Part shown: positions 48,995 through 58,889 of the stretch, one piece after another | How positions within the stretch are numbered: the stretch's first letter is position 1 | Layout of the letters: the number at the start of each line of letters is the position of its first letter | From: Flavisolibacter sp. | Lineage (GTDB): Bacteria; Bacteroidota; Bacteroidia; Chitinophagales; Chitinophagaceae | Reading direction: 5' to 3' | DNA length: 64,000 nucleotides | Assembly: GCA_035510335.1 (NCBI GenBank) | Contig: DATKHJ010000057.1 | Span: 8,270 to 72,269 of the forward strand | The notes under the pieces: model-generated | The model's input: the letters and a program-made list of their open reading frames with translations, nothing else | What the model was told of the DNA's origin: nothing | Databases searched by the model: none | Translations under genes and position numbers: made by a program

Positions 48995-49882
48995 TTAAAC
49001 AGTGTCAGTAAAACTCTTTTCTACACGGTTGAACACGACAATACCAAACGACAAAATTGCCAATGTAATACCAACACTGTAAAGCAGGTAGCTCCAGCTA
49101 AAATCTCCTGAGCCAAGAAATGCAAACCGGAAGGTCTCCAATACCGGGCTCATAGGGTTTGCCTTAATGATCGCCGCATATTTTACAGGCAGTTTTTCCA
49201 GTGGGTAAATAACTGGTGTAGCATACATTAATAATTGTACGCCAAATCCCATAAGAAATACAAGGTCCCTGTATTTGGTTGTCATGGCTGTAATAATCAT
49301 TCCCAATCCTAAGGCAAGCAGTCCCATAATTAATAACAAAAGTGGCGTAAGTAAAATTGCCCACCAGTTAGGGTTGATAGAATCTTCTGTAACCATATAG
49401 TAGCCCCAGATCAGTAAAAACAGGAAAAACTGAATGGCAAAACGCACCAGGCTTGAAATCACGATGGCAATTGGCATGGTTAGCCGGGGGAAATAAACCT
49501 TTCCAAAAATGCCGGCATTGTCTCGAAATACGGTAGATGTCCGGTTCAGATTTTCGGAGAAAAAGTTCCAGATGGTTACACCCGCCATATAGAAAGCAAG
49601 CATTGGAACGCCTGCAGGTGCAAAGCCAGCAATTTTACCAAACACGAAAACAAACATGATGGTTGTTATCAATGGCTGTATAAAAAACCAGATCGGACCG
49701 AGGATTGTTTGTTTGTAGTTGGAAACGAAATCACGGCGAACAAACATGGCCACCAGGTCGCGGTAGCGCCATAATTCGTGCAGGCGTAGGTCAAACAAAT
49801 GACTTTTGGGTTTAATAATCTCTGTCCAGTTTTCTTGCGCCGGGTTAGCTGATTCTACATGCATGGTACTGTCAATATTCAT
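48995..49882 (-). CDS. wzm: Polysaccharide ABC transporter permease
   Basis: ELWRYRDL, YKQTILGPIWFFIQP, KVYFPRL, KYRDL, MYATPVIYP. Confidence 0.93.
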   Translation of the reverse strand: MNIDSTMHVESANPAQENWTEIIKPKSHLFDLRLHELWRYRDLVAMFVRRDFVSNYKQTILGPIWFFIQPLITTIMFVFVFGKIAGFAPAGVPMLAFYMAGVTIWNFFSENLNRTSTVFRDNAGIFGKVYFPRLTMPIAIVISSLVRFAIQFFLFLLIWGYYMVTEDSINPNWWAILLTPLLLLIMGLLALGLGMIITAMTTKYRDLVFLMGFGVQLLMYATPVIYPLEKLPVKYAAIIKANPMSPVLETFRFAFLGSGDFSWSYLLYSVGITLAILSFGIVVFNRVEKSFTDTV

Positions 49883-49901
49883 TTTGTAAGTAAGCTTATA
49901 A

Positions 49902-50789
49902 TTATGATTGTTTATGGGGTACCAAGCTTTTGATAGCTTGGTAAGAAAGGATCTGGCAGGTTTTGATTGTAGCCTTTAGGTGCCGCAGTTTAAATTGCTT
50001 GGTGGCCAATTGAAATAGTTCCTTTTTTTTACCATCGAAGAAAGACGATGAGTATGGATAGGAATAGTATAAAACCATGTTTGTCGTAAACTCTTTTTCA
50101 AAGAGTTGGTCGAGGTGCTGTTTGTTTTTTGAATGTCCACCAACATTGAAATTGGCAATAATTCGATCCAGGTAAACAGAATTTACTTTGTTGAAACAAC
50201 GAAGGTTGAAATCATAGTCAGCGAAAATAGCGTATTGGGTTCTGTACAGGCCAAACTCGCGGAAAAGTGAATGGTGATAAAACACCGACTGGTGGCAAAT
50301 GTTCTTTGTTAGCAGCTTATCGCCGTCGAATTTGCCGGCATAAAGCATTTCCTGGTGGTGATAGCCCAAAGGCTGGTTTAATTTCACATTTCCGTACACC
50401 AGTTTTGCTTTTGTATTTTGATCGATTGCTTCGGCTACATCGGCAAAAACCATCGGGTCATACAATGAATCATCACTTCCTAAAAAAAAGATCCATTGAC
50501 CTCTCGCCTGTTCCAGTGCTTTGTTCATGGCATCGTAAATGCCGTTGTCTTTTCCGGATACGCACCGGAACCGTGTGTCTGTTTCTGTAAAGCGTTTAAT
50601 GTACTGTAAAGTGCAGTCGGTTGATCCGCCATCACGAATCAATACCTCAAAGTTGGTATAGGACTGCGCAGCAAGACTCGCCAACACCGCTTTTATAGTA
50701 TGAGCTGCATTCAAAACAGGAATGATCACCGTAAACTTTATGTGGTCTGTCGTATGCATAGCTGCCGGAATGCTACGTACCTCTACCAT
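49902..50789 (-). CDS. Glycosyltransferase family 2
   Basis: DGGSTD, KDNGIYDAMNK, FLGSDD, CHQS. Confidence 0.9.
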   Translation of the reverse strand: MVEVRSIPAAMHTTDHIKFTVIIPVLNAAHTIKAVLASLAAQSYTNFEVLIRDGGSTDCTLQYIKRFTETDTRFRCVSGKDNGIYDAMNKALEQARGQWIFFLGSDDSLYDPMVFADVAEAIDQNTKAKLVYGNVKLNQPLGYHHQEMLYAGKFDGDKLLTKNICHQSVFYHHSLFREFGLYRTQYAIFADYDFNLRCFNKVNSVYLDRIIANFNVGGHSKNKQHLDQLFEKEFTTNMVLYYSYPYSSSFFDGKKKELFQLATKQFKLRHLKATIKTCQILSYQAIKSLVPHKQS

Positions 50790-51526
50790 TACATTCGTAC
50801 CACAATACTCTCACAAAAAGGCTCGATGAAATAATCTCTTGTTTTCAAAGCGTTGATCAATGCTGATGTACATCCGTTTTTCACACGGTCATGCAATTCA
50901 AGCACCATGGTCTTTACATTCGGTAACCATTTTTCTGAACCCTCTTCAAACACTTCCTTCTCCGAACCTTCAATGTCTATTTTGAGTACGTCAATGTTTT
51001 CGATATTGAACATCTGCATGACCTTGTCAACCGAAACAGCTTTGATCGAGCTCGCTGTTTCCTGGTCAACTTCTTTTACAATAAATGCCCATGCGCCTTC
51101 TCCCCTGTCAATTACCTCCAGGTTGGTGCTTTTGTTCCAGATGCCACAATTCAGACATTCCACGTTTTCATATTTCCCGGTGTTCTTCAAAAGCATTTCA
51201 AAATTTGCTCTCTCGGGTTCAATGGCTATTATTTTGGCGTTGGGAAACTTATTGGCAAAGTACACCGAGGTCATGCCAATGTTTGCACCACAGTCGATTA
51301 TGACCTTTGGGTCGCTCCGGAAGTCGATGTCGTATTCATTGCGGTAGAAAACCTGGTTAAACACATGGATATCAGTCGAGTTTTTTCGAAGAAATACAGG
51401 GAAGCGGCAATTGTGCACAGCCAGACTGTAAACGCTTTCATCAATTTTCTTTTTAAACAGATAGCGGTCAAGATTTAATGGCAAAGGCCGCAAATACGAT
51501 TTCAGAAGCAGATTGACACCAAACAT
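50789..51526 (-). CDS. FkbM family methyltransferase
   Basis: IIDCGANIG, AIEP, LKIDIEGSE, LELHD. Confidence 0.9.
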   Translation of the reverse strand: MFGVNLLLKSYLRPLPLNLDRYLFKKKIDESVYSLAVHNCRFPVFLRKNSTDIHVFNQVFYRNEYDIDFRSDPKVIIDCGANIGMTSVYFANKFPNAKIIAIEPERANFEMLLKNTGKYENVECLNCGIWNKSTNLEVIDRGEGAWAFIVKEVDQETASSIKAVSVDKVMQMFNIENIDVLKIDIEGSEKEVFEEGSEKWLPNVKTMVLELHDRVKNGCTSALINALKTRDYFIEPFCESIVVRM

Positions 51527-51561
51527 GACAACGAAAATACTTGAACCTAGCTAAAAAGAAT

Positions 51562-52437
51562 TTAATTTGATAGGTGCATCCCCAATAATTGTTTTACTTC
51601 CCGAACGATCACGGAATAAATTTTTCTTCCCCTGCTGTACGCAAACAAGTTATTCCGAATTTCCTTTCTGATACGCATTACCAGCGTTACGTACTCCGGT
51701 TCACGCTTGGCCCGGTAAAACGTTTCCAAAACAAACGTGGCGGCTAAAAAGCCTTCTGCCATCGCCGCTTTGTTCGTTGCCATTGAGTTTGGACGCATAC
51801 GATAACTCGCAAGTTTGTTAAACTGGTAGGCAACGCCGGTTGAATAATAGAACATTTCGCACCAGAATACCCAATCTTCATGATTGGCCAAATTCTCGTA
51901 AAAGCGAAGATCAAAAGTATCAATCAGGCTTTTTGGAATTAAAAAGTTGTGACAGGGAATTGATTTACGAAATTCCCAGTCCCGGATAATCTCTTTTTTA
52001 TAGTCTCTTTCGTCAAGAAAAGGCGACATGTAGCAACGAGGAACAAATTCTTTTGTCACATCGTCAAATGGAAAATGATCATAAACGGCTATTGTGCCTT
52101 TCGGCTTCCCAGTCAGGGCGGCAATCTGCACCGCAAATTTCTCTGGGTGAATAAAGTCGTCTGCATCTAGAAATTGCACGTATGTTCCAAGAGCAAACTG
52201 CAAGCCTACATTCCGCGCCGAACTAAGTCCACCATTTGTTTTATGCAGGTACTTAATTCGACTATCGGATTTCATTAATTCATGTGCAATGCGATCAGTA
52301 TGGTCTGTGGAGCCATCATTTACAATAATACATTCCCAATCTTGATAAGTTTGTGTTTTAATACTTTGAACTGACTCAATAAGAAACTCTCCCTGATTGT
52401 AGCAGGGCACGATAACAGAAACAAGCGACATAAGCAA
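51562..52437 (-). CDS. Glycosyltransferase family 2
   Basis: VSVIVPCYNQ, NDGSTD, NGGLSSARN, FLDADD. Confidence 0.9.
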   Translation of the reverse strand: MLMSLVSVIVPCYNQGEFLIESVQSIKTQTYQDWECIIVNDGSTDHTDRIAHELMKSDSRIKYLHKTNGGLSSARNVGLQFALGTYVQFLDADDFIHPEKFAVQIAALTGKPKGTIAVYDHFPFDDVTKEFVPRCYMSPFLDERDYKKEIIRDWEFRKSIPCHNFLIPKSLIDTFDLRFYENLANHEDWVFWCEMFYYSTGVAYQFNKLASYRMRPNSMATNKAAMAEGFLAATFVLETFYRAKREPEYVTLVMRIRKEIRNNLFAYSRGRKIYSVIVREVKQLLGMHLSN

Positions 52438-52481
52438 TTAGTTTTAAACTAAAGGCTTTCGTCGGGTAATGGCACTTGGTT

Positions 52482-53417
52482 TTATTGGCTGTTAAGCCAG
52501 TCTAAGATCGGATCGTTCGGGTGAAATTTCCTTGCAAACAGTTTTCCTGCCTGTGTAGTTCGCACATGGTGCAGCTCACCTTGGTTTTCTGTAGTAAAAG
52601 CCACCGGGTGAGCATCCTCCTGTGTTGCAAAACGCACATACGTTAAAGACGATTTTAAGGAACTGTTTTCCAAGTCAGAAAAATGCCGGATCAAACTTTG
52701 AAAAAAGATCTCATCGGGCAATAAGGTAAATTTATGGTAATGAAGATAGCTTCTATGGTTTTTTACAAAAAAAATTATTTTCTCAGCCGTTTCTGTAGTA
52801 ATAGCCCACCATTGACTGCCCCCAAAAGGCTTCAATCCTGAAGGAAAGCGACGCGGTAATAACAGTCTCACCGGCCAAACACCACTTTTAAGCAGCTTTA
52901 TTACTTTCCGGAGATTCTTTGCTGGATGTTGTTGAAACAAGCGGCTCCAAATACTAGGAATAACAATGTATTTCTGTTTTGATGAGGCTAAATCGAATTT
53001 ATATTGTTGGATACGATCCATCCCTCCGTAATACCAACGCTCTGATGGTAACGCCCAAGTATCAGCAAAGTTCGTTCCTCTGTTCGTCTGCAAGTATTCT
53101 AAAATGTATTGATTGTTTTTAAGTGGATAATCTTGGCCACTCAAAAGTATGCAATACCCTTTTCGTTGGTGAGAGGAGATAAGGTGCAATGCGTTTAATG
53201 TAGCTTTGACAATGCCTAACCCGCCCCAGGTTCCTTGCTCTCTTTCTTTTATAAACCAAACATTTTCCAAGATGGACAGTTTAGTAGTAAAGGGTTCTAA
53301 TGAGACTGTCGCATCTACATGGATGTAGAAAAAACAGTTTTTTGCATTTAGCCTCTGTACAAGTTGCTGGACCTGCGGTGGGTATTTATGTGCTAATATA
53401 ACATAGCAGATATCCAT
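52482..53417 (-). CDS. Glycosyltransferase family 14 (core-2/I-branching-like)
   Basis: YVILAHK, YIHVD, WGGLGIVKATL, LLSGQDYPL, GGSQWW, PDEIFFQS, FARKF. Confidence 0.9.
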   Translation of the reverse strand: MDICYVILAHKYPPQVQQLVQRLNAKNCFFYIHVDATVSLEPFTTKLSILENVWFIKEREQGTWGGLGIVKATLNALHLISSHQRKGYCILLSGQDYPLKNNQYILEYLQTNRGTNFADTWALPSERWYYGGMDRIQQYKFDLASSKQKYIVIPSIWSRLFQQHPAKNLRKVIKLLKSGVWPVRLLLPRRFPSGLKPFGGSQWWAITTETAEKIIFFVKNHRSYLHYHKFTLLPDEIFFQSLIRHFSDLENSSLKSSLTYVRFATQEDAHPVAFTTENQGELHHVRTTQAGKLFARKFHPNDPILDWLNSQ

Positions 53418-53433
53418 TTACTAAATGTAGACT

Positions 53434-54309
53434 TTATTGAAGCCCTAAGTTGCGATTACGACCGATTAAGTATTCGCCACTCTTTGACAAATCAAAGCCT
53501 CGACTTGAAAGTTGACTGCCAATGTACTCGGTTTTGACAACCTCTTCATGAACTTCTACAGCAATGAATTTTGTTATAGCTAAGAAGGACAACGCGTCCT
53601 CACCTGCTTCAAAAATTTCTTTCTCGCTTCCTTCAATATCCATTTTCAGCAAGTCGATTCGACGAAGATTAAAGATTCGAACAAGATCATTTATGGATAC
53701 TGCTTCAATAGAGTCGCTACCAGTGTTGTTTTCGGTAACCGTAATAGACCACTCTCGTCCGTCTCGAAAAGTATGGTCAAAATAAAGTTTTGCTGATTTG
53801 CTCCAGACAGCTGTTTGGACAGCAATTGCATTTAAACTATTGTAGGTAATATTGGCTTCCAGCGTACGAAAATTATTTGCATCTGGTTCAATACAGTACA
53901 TTTTCGCACCAGGATAAACTGTTTCAAGCTTCAATGCAGTCATACCTACATTTGCTCCAGCATCAAGAATAGTACTAATGCTCTCCGTACCAATAAAATT
54001 TATCAGTTCATTCAATTCATTATGAAAAAAGATTTGTCGAAAAGCATGAAAATCTGTTGTATAGCGCCGTAGAATAATACCTTTTAGTTGCCACACTTTT
54101 TTTTTAACGCATACGCCAAGTTGATGCGATTGAACTACATATCCTTCATTTTCAATTTCGGTGTAGTGGCCATCTTCTGCCAGTAGCGGCGTTCGTACCC
54201 AAACGTTTACTTTGGCAAGCAGTTTTAGAACGCCAACCTTCACTGCCAAGCCGAATGGCCAGCGATGAAATACCTTTCCCGTTTTACTTAATAGTGGATA
54301 AAATGTCAC
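53434..54309 (-). CDS. FkbM family methyltransferase
   Basis: LDAGANVG, CIEP, LKMDIEGSE, VEVH. Start re-assigned to GTG at 54309 (GTGA overlap with the upstream stop). Confidence 0.85.
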   Translation of the reverse strand: MTFYPLLSKTGKVFHRWPFGLAVKVGVLKLLAKVNVWVRTPLLAEDGHYTEIENEGYVVQSHQLGVCVKKKVWQLKGIILRRYTTDFHAFRQIFFHNELNELINFIGTESISTILDAGANVGMTALKLETVYPGAKMYCIEPDANNFRTLEANITYNSLNAIAVQTAVWSKSAKLYFDHTFRDGREWSITVTENNTGSDSIEAVSINDLVRIFNLRRIDLLKMDIEGSEKEIFEAGEDALSFLAITKFIAVEVHEEVVKTEYIGSQLSSRGFDLSKSGEYLIGRNRNLGLQ

Positions 54310-55346
54310 AGGACTGAGGATTTCTTGGGTTGCTTCTGTGGCAGAACTTTGTAATACCGAAGTAAGCTTTTTGTCACTTGCCATAGGATGGCACCAGCGG
54401 TGGTCAACACATACCTGTCCCGATGTACTTTCATAATACCGATAAGTTGACGTGTTACTAATTTACTGCTGTTAGTTCGGTACCATAAATAGCCGGTAAA
54501 TCTGCATGCCCAATGAGCATAGTTTCGAACTGCACTTTTGAGAAGTTTTTTTCTATCGTCTGCGGGTAGGTATTGGTTGATTAGCCCTAATACTTGCATG
54601 ACGTCTTTTATATTTTTCCCGGTCCGATAACTGTTTGATGAAATTGAACTAAAGTGCATACGGTACTGCGAGAGTAGCAAAGGAGAATAAGCAACCGGAT
54701 GGTTCTTTCCTATCCGAGCCCACATTTCCCAATCTTCTCCGTATGTTACGGCATAAAAGCTTCCCAATTCTTCATAAACCTTTCTTTTAACGACAACAGA
54801 GGCATACTGAACCCATTGCTTTTGCGACTGGTGCAACAAAAAATCATCAACAATTCCATCCTTGTTCATCAGCAGGCTGTCTTCACCGAAATATTTACTC
54901 TTGTCGTCTATAACTTCATAACGGCAAAACGCAGCCCCAGCTTCCGGGAACCTTTCTAGCAGCTCACCTATTTTCTTATAAAAACCGGGCTTCACGCAGT
55001 CATCGCCATGCAAGATATGAATATAGTGCCCTTGGGCCCGGTTTATGCATGTTTCAAAGTTTCGCAAACTTCCCACATTTTCAGGTTGGCGATAAAATGA
55101 TATTCGCCCAGCGCCAATTTGATTTACGATCGCTTCGACATCTTCATCTGTGCTACAATCATCTATTACTTCTATCTGCATTAAATCTTTTCCAAAGTCT
55201 TGGTCAAGGACGCTTTCGATTGTTTCTTTTAAAAAGCGGCTGCAGTTATACGTTGGAATCATTACTGACCATACTGGCCGCTTTGCCTGATCAGGTAGAG
55301 GAGCAATTTTCGGCGGCACCAACGGTATTCTCGGTTTTGTTTGCAT
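54306..55346 (-). CDS. Glycosyltransferase family 2
   Basis: SVMIPTYN, DDCSTD, LHGDD, GEDWEMW. Confidence 0.9.
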   Translation of the reverse strand: MQTKPRIPLVPPKIAPLPDQAKRPVWSVMIPTYNCSRFLKETIESVLDQDFGKDLMQIEVIDDCSTDEDVEAIVNQIGAGRISFYRQPENVGSLRNFETCINRAQGHYIHILHGDDCVKPGFYKKIGELLERFPEAGAAFCRYEVIDDKSKYFGEDSLLMNKDGIVDDFLLHQSQKQWVQYASVVVKRKVYEELGSFYAVTYGEDWEMWARIGKNHPVAYSPLLLSQYRMHFSSISSNSYRTGKNIKDVMQVLGLINQYLPADDRKKLLKSAVRNYAHWACRFTGYLWYRTNSSKLVTRQLIGIMKVHRDRYVLTTAGAILWQVTKSLLRYYKVLPQKQPKKSSVL

Positions 55347-55351
55347 CTTTT

Positions 55352-56521
55352 TCAGGAAGAAATACCCGGGATCTTTTGTGCTGGCCTTTTTTTGGACTTT
55401 TTGACACCAACCAAATAGAAAAATAACTCTTTGAGATTTGTCTTGTAAGTTTCAAAACCGAATCGTTTCAAAATTTTTTGGTGCTCAGGAATCGATGCGC
55501 ATTTATTTTCAAGAACACGATGAACTGCATGCATGATTTCTTTCTCATTCGTTGGGTCAACTAAAAGCCCGAATTCTCCACCTCCTAAAGCATCAACCGA
55601 ACCATCCTTGTTTCCGGCAATAACCGGTAAGCCATAATAAAGCGCTTCAATAAAAACAATTCCAAACCCCTCCCCTGTACTGGGCATAATGTAGGCGTCG
55701 GCTAACTGGAAATGCGCCTGTAACTCTTCATCTTTCACAAAGCCGGCAAAAATAACAGCATCTTGCAGGCCTTCTTTTTCAATGATCACATTCAGGCGTG
55801 CTTTTTCTTCCAAGTCATACTTCCCTACAATGAGGTACTTCAGGTTGGGTAGCTTTTCTTTTAAAGTGCTAAGAGACGTTACCACTTTATCGTAACCCTT
55901 GTACTGCTCTGAATGTTTTAGTCGAGTAACAGTGAGTAAGATTTGATTCTCTTTCGAGAGTTTGTATTTAGCCAGCAGTTTCCGCTGGAATTCAATATTT
56001 TCTTCATTTTTTAAAAACGGATCGAGGCAATTATTCAGTACTTGGATTTTCCCTGCATTAATTCCCTGCACAGACTGGAGCATCTTGCCTGTGTATTGGC
56101 TAACCGGAAGAAACAAATCCACCGACTGTAGCATGCGTGATTTCAATCCGGATAATTTAGCCCACACTTCAATGCCGTGAGCAATTAGAACCAGCTTTGT
56201 TTTTGGCGAAAGCTTTTTAATGGCAAAGCCTACCGGCAAAAGGTTGATGTGGCTTAACAACACAATATCCGGTTTCCGTTGTTTCAGCAAAGCTGAAATG
56301 GCGAAAGAAAGCTTACGTCCTCCAAAGGCCTTGAAAACTGAACCTGGGAAGTATCTTTCATCAATTTCTTCTTTGTTGTCGTACATGGAATAGACAGTAA
56401 ACTTGTCATCTTCTTCCTTTGCAATCTCATATAGCGCCTTACCCGCTGCACGGCAAACTTTTTCAATTCCGCCGGTAGCTGAAAAGGTGTTGAGCGTTAA
56501 AAAAAGATACTGTTTTCCCAT
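55352..56521 (-). CDS. Glycosyltransferase family 4
   Basis: TGGIEK, AHGIEVW, MPSTGEGFGIVFIEAL. Confidence 0.9.
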   Translation of the reverse strand: MGKQYLFLTLNTFSATGGIEKVCRAAGKALYEIAKEEDDKFTVYSMYDNKEEIDERYFPGSVFKAFGGRKLSFAISALLKQRKPDIVLLSHINLLPVGFAIKKLSPKTKLVLIAHGIEVWAKLSGLKSRMLQSVDLFLPVSQYTGKMLQSVQGINAGKIQVLNNCLDPFLKNEENIEFQRKLLAKYKLSKENQILLTVTRLKHSEQYKGYDKVVTSLSTLKEKLPNLKYLIVGKYDLEEKARLNVIIEKEGLQDAVIFAGFVKDEELQAHFQLADAYIMPSTGEGFGIVFIEALYYGLPVIAGNKDGSVDALGGGEFGLLVDPTNEKEIMHAVHRVLENKCASIPEHQKILKRFGFETYKTNLKELFFYLVGVKKSKKRPAQKIPGISS

Positions 56522-56545
56522 GGCCGTGTTCTATATAACCATCTA

Positions 56546-58363
56546 CTACGCCACTACTGGCATTGCTGTCTTTTCGGTTTGATAGTTTTTGGTTAAAAGC
56601 AAGGTTAATATTTGCGACCAGTGGCGTTGATCTTTCAGAAACAATGCGTGGGCTTTTCGTGCTTCTTTCCCGCCCGTTTCCATTTCTTCTTTTATCCAGG
56701 GATTGTTTCGCATCCATTCTTTGAATGGAAAAGCAAAGCCCATCTTGGGTCGCTTATAAATCTCCTGCGGTAACACATCACTAAATGCATCAATCAGCAG
56801 TTGCTTGCCAGATGCGGCGTATTTTAATGGTGATGAAATTTGCAAAGCAAGGCGAATAAAATCGGCATCAAGAAACGGAACCCTGATCTCGATTCCATGG
56901 GCCATGCTCATTACGTCCGAATCTCGTAACAGCTGGTTCTGCATGTACATGTTCAACTCCATCCAGCTTGCCTGATTCTTTTGAGATAAGTAGTGTATGT
57001 CGGGAAGCGATGGCTGATCTTCCAGTATCCGCCAAACCTGCCTTTCATCCATGTTTAGTTGCCTTGCAATTTCAGAAGGAATGTACTGCCCTCGAAGGAA
57101 AAGGTATTTGCCTTTGATGCCGGGTATGCTGAGGTAAGGCAAACGCTTTAATTGCTTCAGGCCGCTGAAACGACCGGCACGCAACGAGGCGTTGGGCATC
57201 CCTTGTAAATAGATGACCATTTTCATGCGGTCGAAAGAAGGATAACCGCCAAACAGTTCATCGCCACCGAGGCCTGATAATACCGCCTTTAGTCCTGCGC
57301 CTTTTGCAATTTTACTGATAAACCAGGTGTTGATTCCATCACTTGATGGAAGGTCCATGGCTGAAATAATGGCGGGCAAAGAATTGGTGAACTCTTCCTG
57401 CGTAAGCAAGTGGCCAGTATGGTTGCATTTCAGTTTGTCTAATACAACATCCTGGTATTTTTTTTCAGAGTAGGCTCCCTCACTAAAATAAATAGAAAGC
57501 GTATTCAGATGTTCCTTCGTGTATTTTGACGCGACAATGCTTAACAGTGATGAATCGACGCCACCGCTTAAAAAAGAACCAATCGGGGCATCTGAAAGAA
57601 GATGACGCTGCACCGCCTTCTCAAAGACCGATCGTATTTGTTGCAGAACATCTGCTTTATTGCTTTGTTTTTCAATAAAGCTGAAATGAGAAAACGATTC
57701 CAGGGTGGCTTTTTTCGAATGGAGATCATATTCAAGGAAAAAGCCTTTTGGAAGCGGGCTGGCATGTTTCAATGTCGTTACCGGCTCTGGCAGATGCCCG
57801 TAAGCAAGTAAGTGTACTGGCCAGTCCTTGTTTTCTTCCTGCAGGTGCGGCACATGGTGTAAGGCTCTTGTTTCCGAAGAAAAAACAAGGCTTCTTTTAT
57901 GTGTGCTGTAGTAAAGCGGTTTAATTCCAGACTGATCCCGTACCAGATAGACTTTGTCCGTATTACGGTTGTAAAGCGCAAAAGCAAACATGCCGCAGAA
58001 GCGTTTAAACGCATCAGTACCCCAGGCTGCAAAAGCAGCCAAAATAACTTCTGTATCGGAAGAGGAACGAAATTGATAACCAAGAAAGCTTAGCTCTTCT
58101 TTCAGCTCAAGAAAATTGTACAATTCGCCATTGTAGCAAATTACCAGTTGATCGTTTTGGTAATACATTGGCTGGTGGCCCGCTTCTGAAAGGTCAAGCA
58201 ACGAAAGCCTTCTGTGGCCAAGTCCCACCTGGTTTACCGGGTCAATGTAAATTCCTTCGTCATCAGGACCACCATGGCGCTGTGCATGACACATGGCGTG
58301 CAGCTGTTGTTTTAGCTCGTCCAGCGGTAGTTCTTTACTGATTATGCCTGCAATTCTACACAA
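56546..58363 (-). CDS. asnB: Asparagine synthetase-like glutamine amidotransferase (polysaccharide amidation)
   Basis: N-terminal Cys (MCRIAG), HGGPDD, GHRRLS, YNGELYN, LSGGVDSS, SGLGGDELFGGY. Confidence 0.9.
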   Translation of the reverse strand: MCRIAGIISKELPLDELKQQLHAMCHAQRHGGPDDEGIYIDPVNQVGLGHRRLSLLDLSEAGHQPMYYQNDQLVICYNGELYNFLELKEELSFLGYQFRSSSDTEVILAAFAAWGTDAFKRFCGMFAFALYNRNTDKVYLVRDQSGIKPLYYSTHKRSLVFSSETRALHHVPHLQEENKDWPVHLLAYGHLPEPVTTLKHASPLPKGFFLEYDLHSKKATLESFSHFSFIEKQSNKADVLQQIRSVFEKAVQRHLLSDAPIGSFLSGGVDSSLLSIVASKYTKEHLNTLSIYFSEGAYSEKKYQDVVLDKLKCNHTGHLLTQEEFTNSLPAIISAMDLPSSDGINTWFISKIAKGAGLKAVLSGLGGDELFGGYPSFDRMKMVIYLQGMPNASLRAGRFSGLKQLKRLPYLSIPGIKGKYLFLRGQYIPSEIARQLNMDERQVWRILEDQPSLPDIHYLSQKNQASWMELNMYMQNQLLRDSDVMSMAHGIEIRVPFLDADFIRLALQISSPLKYAASGKQLLIDAFSDVLPQEIYKRPKMGFAFPFKEWMRNNPWIKEEMETGGKEARKAHALFLKDQRHWSQILTLLLTKNYQTEKTAMPVVA

Positions 58364-58388
58364 AGCTTAGTTGTTTTGTTGGTTTGAG

Positions 58389-58889
58389 TTATTGAATTGG
58401 TTGCAGGTTTGATTTCTCGAAGATGGCACTTAACTGTACACCCATGCTTTCGATTTGCACTTTGGCTTTACTGCCAATAACCTCTACAACAATTCCTTTG
58501 TAATTCATTAAAACGCCACGTTTGATAGCAACCGGCGTATTTATCGAAATCTTCAACTCCTGAACTTCTACATCGGTAAACTCACTCAGGAAACTCTTGA
58601 TGGTCTTAATCTCTTCTTCGCGAACTATCGCAGGTTTCCCGTTCCAGTACACATAGTTGAGGATGCCATCAATCTGCTTTACGTCCCACATTTTACTGGT
58701 TTCTATGTGCAGAAATACATAGCCCTTAAAAAGTGGCTCATAAACTACTTTTTTCCGGTCGCTCCATTGGCGGTAAACCCGGTTAAGCGGACAATAAGAT
58801 TCAATGCCCTTATCTTCCAAAACCTTGGCTATTTTTTTTTCCCATCGGGGGCGGGTATAAACTACGTACCAATTTGAATTTGTTACCAT
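58389..58889 (-). CDS. upxY: UpxY family NusG-paralog transcription antiterminator
   Basis: WYVVYTRPRWEKK, RQWSDRKKVVYEPLFKGYVF, GKPAIVREEEI, KOW-like C-terminus. Confidence 0.92.
   Translation of the reverse strand: MVTNSNWYVVYTRPRWEKKIAKVLEDKGIESYCPLNRVYRQWSDRKKVVYEPLFKGYVFLHIETSKMWDVKQIDGILNYVYWNGKPAIVREEEIKTIKSFLSEFTDVEVQELKISINTPVAIKRGVLMNYKGIVVEVIGSKAKVQIESMGVQLSAIFEKSNLQPIQ

Noticed and set aside
54310-54384. 79-nt overlap between FkbM and GT2 genes
   Set aside because: Better explained by a GTG start at 54309 overlapping the GT2 stop
3822-58840. A9 tracts in the exosortase (3822), FkbM (54097) and upxY (58832) genes as phase-variation switches
   Set aside because: All are in frame, encode Lys-rich stretches, and are expected in AT-rich DNA
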